Assembly: GCA_951406725.2 (NCBI GenBank)
Contig: OX597819.1
Span: 55,118,001-55,182,000, forward strand
Reading direction: 5' to 3'
Source of the DNA: Octopus vulgaris
Taxonomy: Eukaryota
DNA length: 64,000 nucleotides
In this document: in pieces, positions 55,867 to 64,000 of the stretch
How the letters are laid out: the number at the start of each line of letters is the position of its first letter
Numbering within the stretch: the first letter of the stretch is position 1
Program-made: the position numbers and the translations under genes
The notes under the pieces: generated by a model
What the model was told of the DNA's origin: nothing
The model's input: the letters and a program-made list of their open reading frames with translations, nothing else
The model's database searches: none

Positions 55867-56865
55867 CGGGCTTCTTTGAGTTTCCGTCTACCAAATCTAC
55901 TCATAAGGTGCCTCCCAGTGGGATTGAAACCAAGATCGCATGACTGAGAAGCAAGCTTCTCAACTGCACCGCTATATCTGAGCCTATGTTTATTCGATAA
56001 GCATAAAATGACACCCGTTATTGAGAATGAAAAAAAAAAGAAAAGAAAAGGTGAAGAGAGAAAACAAAAGAAAAAAGAAGGGAAAAAAGGAAGTTGCACG
56101 TATAATACATAACTTAGAAGCAGCGCTACGGATGTACCAACACACACGAGAGTGAACCATGGCCGACCTTACGCACTTCTCATGAGGAATTCTGGAAGGA
56201 GCTTCGTGAGTCCACTGCTGAGACGCTCTCAAAAATAAATAAATAAATAAAATAAAGTAAAGAAAGGAAAAAGAATAAAGAATAAAGAAAAGCCGTTGGA
56301 AAACCGATTATAGCAGCAACTCCATCTAAAAATATTTGAAGGAATTTTTTTCCGAAATATTATCAAACTATGGATGACTAAATTACAACAGGTATATAAC
56401 CCATTGTTTGTATTATAGTGCATTGTTGTACCATACAAAACTTTTTATTCTTTAAAAATCTAGTGTTAATGATAAATTTTATCAAGAAATTCAAGGAAGA
56501 TAATTCCAGAATTCAAACCGAGCAACAACTAAATAAAGTCATGTACTGAAGAGTGATTCTGATCTTTGGTAAGTACAGTGTCAACTCGGTAATTGCTGTA
56601 TATTCGTAATTATATAATTCTGTTCTGTGATTTAATATATCTTCGTATATCTACATACAAATGTTATTTTGGATTTTTCATGTTTGAGGATGCCACAACA
56701 TCTAATACTCAACCAATTACAAATATTATTTTTTTAAGTTCTTTTCTTTTTTTTTTATTTAGTACTTTTCGTGTAACAGCTTCTGATTAGATTTCAGCTA
56801 TTTGGCCTCGAGTAGAAAATTGCAAAACTATGCAATCTTCATGATTTTTTGGTATTATTTCAAAT

Positions 56866-56972
<107 letters not shown>

Positions 56973-57135
56973 AATAATATATACATATATATATATATAC
57001 ACACACACATATATTTATACACATAAATATACATATACATGTACGCACACACACACACACATAGATATATATATATATATGCATATATATCTATCTATAT
57101 CTATATCTATGCATCTATCTATCTATCTATCTATC

Positions 57136-57209
<74 letters not shown>

Positions 57210-57262
57210 CACATCTATATATATATATATATACATACATACTCACACACACACACACACAC

Positions 57263-57297
<35 letters not shown>

Positions 57298-58074
57298 TTA
57301 TCTGTATATATATACGTATGTACACACACACACACACATACACACACTCACACACATGTAATAGGTTCTTAACTGCAATTTTGTTGGGGGTTTTTTATTA
57401 CTCCTTGAAAAATAGATTGCTTGTTACATTTTTTTTTGTCTCTTGCTGAATATGTTTCAATCAATTACGATGGAATAGGAGACTTGTTTTTTCTTCTTGC
57501 TTTACCTTTCACCCATTAACTTTATATTCATCGAATGGCAAAAGAAAACAAAAATAAAGAAAGAAAATAAACAAAAACAAAACAAAAAAACAACTAACAA
57601 ACATCGAATAATGATTGCTAATTGGTTTCATGTGAGCTGTATTAAAAATACAGGAATTAAATCGCGGATGTTACGAAGTTCGCGAGGAATGAGCTCGGTC
57701 CGGAAATAAACGAACTCGAAGAGCAATGCAGTATCTTGGAGATGGACTTGCTCGGAGAAGGATTTGATCTGAGTCTGTGAATTCAAACAAATAATTAGCC
57801 ATTCAAAAACACACGAAGAATGTTAACTTTACTTCAACATTATCAATACACACACACACACATTCTTTTATTCTTTTACATGTTTCAGTCCAATTACTGT
57901 GGCCATGCTGGAGCACCGCACTGTGTAATATATTCATTAATTATTTTAATTGTATCAGTCATTTGACTGTGGCCATGCTGGAGCACCGCCTTAAACAGGG
58001 TTTGCTTTTAGTCGAAAATAATCGACCGATGACTGTTCTTTTTTTTTGTAAGCCTAGTGCTTATTCTATCGGTG

Positions 58075-60331
58075 TGTAGTGATCCTATAACGGTGCGCGC
58101 TCGCGCACCGTCCATTTGTATTTCGCGCGTGTTGGTGCTTTTACCAAGGCAGAGAGAAGATATTTCACATTCACACCAAGTTTGTTACAGTGGTGACCTC
58201 CCGACGTGATTCTGGTCTAAAACCAGAGATCACTGAACAACAAAAACAATCCAGTTTTTCTGCTAAGTCGGAACACGATTTAACTCTACGCATTCGTCTT
58301 TCGACGATTTGCTTCCGGCCACCACAAACAGTTTTAGAAGGAGCCTCTTTCTTATTCTACAGCCATGATGACGAACGCCATCATATATTCGATGCCTTTT
58401 CTCCACCTTCGTCATCGCCATCGTCGTCTTTCTACTTCACGTCGTCGTTATCTTCGTCGCCATCATCACTAAGAACGATGTTGTCTCAAGTCCACTACAG
58501 TCGCCTTCCACCACCACCGTCGCCTTTCAACACCGTCGACCTCCACCAAGATGTACATAGCAACTCGCGGAACTTTAGTGTGCACGCTGTATGTGCATAT
58601 GCACACCAAGGATAAACAGCACCGTCTATCTACGAGATTTCTTCTGTACCCAGTTAACCTGTCACAGCATCGAAGCTACAACCGCTACACATTGTGTTCA
58701 ACCGGCATCTGCATTTTGTGATTTCAACATTTCTGTTACAGAACGAACTGCTATTGTGCATCAGGCTATTACAGACTGGTAAATTAACTCTTGTCTGGAA
58801 TAGCACTTGAGAGACATTTTTTTCTATGCGCTGTATTTATATTTTGCTCGCATTCACCTTGTATGTATTTTTGTCGCACACACGTACACACACATAAATG
58901 CTATCTCTCACATACATACGTCACACATGCTTTTCTCGCTTGTTTTTTCCATGCTAAATTTGCCTTTTGTGGACACACCTCATTTCTATAGACCCTAGGG
59001 ATCACGTATACATAGATAGGGCTGTTTGTCCATTATAACGCGCCAGCATGTCATACCTTTGTTCCTGTACGAACGAGGCATATAATCGCTCAACCACTGG
59101 CATATTCTTGCTGTTTTTTGGTCTGGCAAGCACTATTGCATTTCATGCGCCTTGCTTCGCACGTGTATTGCCTTGTTTTTTGCAACACTTTTGCGCTAGC
59201 TTAATTCTTTTCCCGACTCATAGGACGTCGGATGTTCACATGCGCTGCGCCATGTTTAGGCGTAATTATTTTTCCCTGTTAGACCACTGTTGGTCACGTA
59301 ATTAACAGAAAATTATCTGTGTCGCGCATCACACCAGCATGTTTGCACTTTTGCCTTTTGTGTTACTAGCGAGCTTCTGTCAATTCCATTTCCTCTCCTG
59401 CAGCAATTGATTTAACTGCTATTTTGCAGGATTAACCACCTTTAGAGAAGTTGGATTTTAATTTCGTTTAGGTTCATTAACTGTGAGTTTTGCTTTCCCT
59501 CCGCTCCTTTCAGCGGAAGGGTTTATACTTTGTGACGTATACACTTTCATGCATGCACTCTTGATTTTTGCTCATTGAGTATTTTTTCTCTTTTCCTTTA
59601 GTAAAATTCTTGTGTATGTTATAATTTTGCCATTTTATTATATTGTGTGCTATTTGGTTATCTGGTGTCCACCTTGAGTTTTGCAGTCACTACAATAAGT
59701 TTCCTTTCGTGCGTACGCACTGGAGGGGAGCCTTGTAGTGACCCTATAACGGTGCGCGCGCGCGCGCACCGTCCATTTGTATTTCGCGCGTGTTGGTGCC
59801 TTTACCAAGGCAGAGAGAAGGTCCCTCTCGCGCATGCGCGAAGCACCGGAAAAAGAACCCTTTTGCCTACGTAGCAGTTAGCCGAGGCAAGGGGGTCGTA
59901 AGACGTTGACCACCAGCGTCCAGCAGCAGCGGCGACTTGGGACAGCTGCGACCGAAGGAGACGGACGTGTATTCTCGCTGTCCAGCTTTGATAGCAGTCG
60001 GCCGAAAGCTTTTAACCAAATTGTTGCCGACCACATTCAACTTCCCTGTTCGACGCCATCTTGAACCCGTTCTGGTTTTAGCGGCTGAATATTGTAAATA
60101 TTACAATCGATTAACTTTCAGCCTTGCGCGCCCCGAACCAAGGACATCAGATAACCACTTATTGTTATTGTTACCAAGAAAGAGAATAAAGTAGTATATA
60201 TATATTTTACGTCTGCGTCTTGTTGTTTCTGACTGGTAGAATTCTGGATTATTAAAGCAACGGGTAGTGATTGCTTTCTTGTACCCCGAAAGTACAAGAG
60301 AAGATATTCACTCACATTGAAGTTCGTTACA
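58075..60331 (+). mobile_element. Non-autonomous LTR retrotransposon (Gypsy-like signals) nested in a family B SINE
   Basis: 5' LTR 58075-58189 and 3' LTR 59734-60331, both TGTAGTGA...GTTACA; TSD GGTG (58071-58074 and 60332-60335); PBS at 58191-58211; PPT GGAGGGGAG at 59722-59730; no recognisable gag/pol. Confidence 0.9.
58191..58211 (+). promoter_or_regulatory. Primer-binding site complementary to tRNA-Trp 3' end
   Basis: TGGTGACC(TC)CCGACGTGATT versus TGGTGACCCCGACGTGAT expected from the metazoan tRNA-Trp(CCA) 3' end; 2-nt insertion. Confidence 0.75.
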
Positions 60332-60423
60332 GGTGCCTTTTGTTGAACCGCTAGTGTCACGCTAACGTAAACAAACCAACATCGGTTGTCAAGCGATGGT
60401 AGAGGTAGAAACATAAACACAAA

Positions 60424-60458
<35 letters not shown>

Positions 60459-60557
60459 GCACACACACACATACACACACACACACACACAAAAGATGAA
60501 TAAGTCTGTATTAAATAATATGCAAGATAGATTCTCGATTTATTGAAATTGTCATAA

Positions 60558-60604
60558 GACTGTTCGATGATTGCTTAGCAGGTCGAAACTTCGAAGTCAC
60601 AGTC
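60558..60604 (+). ncRNA. Degenerate hammerhead-like motif
   Basis: Perfect stem I GACTGT/ACAGTC, GAAAC-TTCGAA-GTC (palindromic stem III, GUC site); core reads TCGATGA and stem II is imperfect. Confidence 0.4.
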
Positions 60605-60740
60605 AATGCTATTCTTTTTAGCGTACAATCTCTCTCTCACTCTCTCTCTCTCTCTCTCTCTCTATCTACCTACCAACCTACCTACCTTTTTATGTCTCTC
60701 TCTCCCCCTCTGTCTCTCTCTCTCCCTCTGTCTCTCTCTC

Positions 60741-60781
<41 letters not shown>

Positions 60782-60785
<4 letters not shown>

Positions 60786-61040
60786 AGAGTTTACGAAAAA
60801 AACCAAAGACGAAGATAGGTGGTGTACAAAACAAATAGATGTATTAATATAACGCTCAGGAATAGAAAAAGTCCTTAACGTTTCGAACCTACGCTCTTCT
60901 ACAGAAAGGAACACAGAAAAAAACAAGGAGAGAAACAAGGAGAGAAAACAATGTGTGTAGTGGCTAACGATCTATCATAGCGACTAACTCGGACGGAAGG
61001 GTCACACACGAGGGGAAAGTAGGGGAGATAACAAAGTAAA

Positions 61041-61045
<5 letters not shown>
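60782..61045 (-). mobile_element. Penelope-type terminal-repeat fragment, same family as 14790-14945
   Basis: Colinear with 14790-14945; motif at 60873-60909 reads CTGTAGA-A-GAGC-GTAG-GTTC-GAAACGTT (core mutated); between (TA)n tracts. Confidence 0.65.
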
Positions 61046-61076
<31 letters not shown>

Positions 61077-61217
61077 TGTGTGTGTGTGTAGATGTGTAGA
61101 TAGTATATAGACAAAGAGAAACAGAAGAAAGATAAATAGATAAGCTACATAAAACATGTATGCGTACATCTATGTACATGTGTATGTATGTTCTAATATG
61201 TATATGTATAAGTATAC

Positions 61218-61268
<51 letters not shown>

Positions 61269-61412
61269 CATACATACATACATACATACATACATACACA
61301 TATAATATATTTATAGTATATATATTAATATATATGTACCTATATATATATGCACTTTTATATGCACACAAACGCACACATTAAATATACATACATATAT
61401 ATGTATACATAC

Positions 61413-61443
<31 letters not shown>

Positions 61444-61819
61444 TGTATGTATGTATGTATGCATGTGTGTATGTATGGGTTTAACGATACTGGCTCGGAA
61501 TGAATTAATAACGCGATTAAATATGCGGTTAGTGATATATACCACATTGTCGAAGGAAACATCAACAGCAGAAAACAATATTTTCCCACTCACCACATCA
61601 TCATTAGATGTGGTTGCCTGTCAAACAACGCATCTGCTTTGCACAACCAGCATCATTTTAATTGAAAGACGAAATATCATCGCCAACTGTGTTGCTCCAA
61701 ATACCAATCTCATCAACATCACAACAGCTTCCAATAACTTTATGAGAACCGAAACTGATAGCAGACCACGCTTGGGAATTTTCTGTACATAAGAACGTAT
61801 GAATACATACATACATACA

Positions 61820-61881
<62 letters not shown>

Positions 61882-62006
61882 AACACACACACATACATAC
61901 ATACATACATACACACACACACATACATACATACATACATACATACATACACACATACATACATACATACACACACACATACATACACACACATACATAC
62001 ATACAT

Positions 62007-62041
<35 letters not shown>

Positions 62042-62054
62042 TACATGCATACAT

Positions 62055-62089
<35 letters not shown>

Positions 62090-62112
62090 TACACACACTC
62101 ATATATATTAAA

Positions 62113-62270
62113 GGCACAGGCGTGGCTATGTGGTAAGAAGCTTGTTGCTCAGTCACATGGTCCCGAGTTCAGTCCCACTGAGTGGCACCTTGGGCAAGTG
62201 TCTTCTACTATAGCCTCGGGCCGACCAAAGCCTTGTGAGTGAATTTGGTAGACTGAAACTGAAAGCTCGT

Positions 62271-62275
<5 letters not shown>
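62113..62275 (+). mobile_element. SINE family B, 5' module
   Basis: Head through GAAACTGAAAGCTCGTC, then (TG)n. Confidence 0.8.
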
Positions 62276-62346
<71 letters not shown>

Positions 62347-62499
62347 TGTGTGTGAATTTTTTATTCGTTTCAACCATGTCGCTGCGGTCATGCTGGAGCA
62401 CCACTGTGTCTTTTTTTTTTTACCATTTCCATAGCTTTCTTATTTGTGTGATTTGTTCAGGGAGGTGAGATTTCATATCGGCACACCTGCATGTGCTCT

Positions 62500-62745
62500 T
62501 ACCCTGGTTGTTGACTCATTTGCAGTATGAGGGCGTTTGACCCTGTTGCCCTCATTAATACTTCATGCTGGGACGTTGGTTCGTCAGGTATCGTGGATGG
62601 GAGAATCCCCAATTACTTTTTTGAAGACATCCGCAATCTGTAGTCTTCTTAATGCTTTGAGCAGTGCATTGAATGGCTGTCTATAGGCCTTTCAACCTTC
62701 AACTTTTGAAATACCTGGTCATACTGCAGACGGAATGGACGGTAC
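62500..62745 (-). mobile_element. Degenerate 3' end of a CR1/L2-group LINE
   Basis: PFNALLKALRRLQIADVFKK*LGILPSTIPDEP..ATGSNAL parallels LFN..FKKSLDKFLQTVPDKP..NNSL of the 30842 element. Confidence 0.55.
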
Positions 62746-64000
62746 CTTCGGTACAACGCAACTGGCATTTGTATAACACTTGATACCGAAATTTGGATCT
62801 TTTCACTTTGACCGGCAGATTTAAAAAATCATTTTTTTGTAACTAAACACTTTTAAACTTCGTATACTGGTAGAATGTGTCACATGAAACATCTTTTTCT
62901 CTTGGCGTTCTTGAGAAAATTCTGTAGTTTGTGAGCTATTTGTTGTTAAATTTCTTGTATTTCGGCAATTTCAACCAATCAATGACGTCTATTGAGGTGA
63001 CCAAACTAAGAAAGGGATGGACTCATCCAGGCCTATAACACGCCGTGCCACTGCGGTATCTCTACGATTCTGAGGGCCCAAGGTAGGAAAAATTTACAAG
63101 GAAAGTTTTGTTGTTTAGTCCTCAATTATGATTATTGTTCTGTAGCTTTTATTGAGCAAACCCATGATTAAAAGCGACCCAGGTGTGACCATTCCGAGTT
63201 TTTGTTTAGTCCCAATCTGTCATAATTGAGAAGGCCAGTCACCCAAAGTATTCCAGCTGTAACAATCCAGTCGTTTCTTTTTTTCGGCATCTTTCGTATT
63301 TCTCAGCATCTTCCGTTTTTTCAAGACGATTGGGTATGATTTCGGGGAAACTTGACTACTATTTCTAGTATGTCGACCAACCAGCTGAAGACTCCATCGT
63401 TGGCTTAACAAAGAGAGTTTAGTTTAATAAGTAAGAGCACGAACAAGCCGTGAATTGGTGGACATGAAATACTTAATCCGTAAAAGCAGTCATGGCAACA
63501 GTGAATTTAATCCATGGATAAAATGTGACTTTGTTTAGCTTTCTGCCAACAACACACGGTGAAAACACGTACAGACTTGTTGTCAAGAGGTTTACTTCGC
63601 AGCTATGTGGTTCAGAGTTCAATTCTGCAGCACGGTATATTAGGCAAATATAATCTGATGTAGACACCGAATTGACCAATATGTTGCGAGTGGAACTAAG
63701 TATTCGAAACCTTTCCATCTCCATATATAATACATACATATACATATACATATATACATATATATATACACACACACACATTCACACACACATACAACAC
63801 ATGCACACAACACACACACACACACGCACTCACACACATACAGATATATACACACAATCACATATACACATCTATATATACATATATACATACATATATA
63901 TGTGTATATGTATATATATAGGCATATATAAATAATATAAATATATATATATACATACATATATATATACATACATGCATATATACATATATACGTACAT

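Noticed and set aside
56545-56600. CTGAAGAG...CTC hammerhead candidate
   Set aside because: GAAA is replaced by GGTAA and stems I/III are unconvincing; at most a decayed relic.
58190-58615. Ser/Pro-rich ORF as gag
   Set aside because: Starts inside the PBS, low complexity, no CCHC or capsid-like motif recognised.

Overview
Eukaryotic, AT-rich, extremely microsatellite-dense genomic DNA with no intact protein-coding gene. The SINE families and microsatellite density suggest a cephalopod, most likely Octopus (inference, not verified). Nearly all ORFs in the supplied track are microsatellite read-throughs. The real content is mobile DNA: at least four tRNA-headed SINE families; 5'-truncated LINEs of five types (R4/Dong-like and a second RLE-type, RTE with a triple C2H2 tail, CR1/L2-like, Tx1/L1-like), nearly all sitting in or against microsatellites; a non-autonomous LTR element with a 4-bp TSD and tRNA-Trp PBS; Helitron/Helentron-type elements; and a hAT MITE. 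The most notable signal is a set of Penelope-type terminal-repeat fragments carrying hammerhead-ribozyme motifs. One lies in a 206/208-bp near-perfect inverted repeat (49262-49705) whose only arm difference that I found falls at the ribozyme core. Others carry non-canonical cores. Also notable are an 11-copy constant-core/variable-spacer array containing kB/STAT/ETS-like motifs (34151-34572), SINE concatemers with a fixed junction, and short-range local copying events. Degenerate repeat boundaries are approximate and were read by eye.
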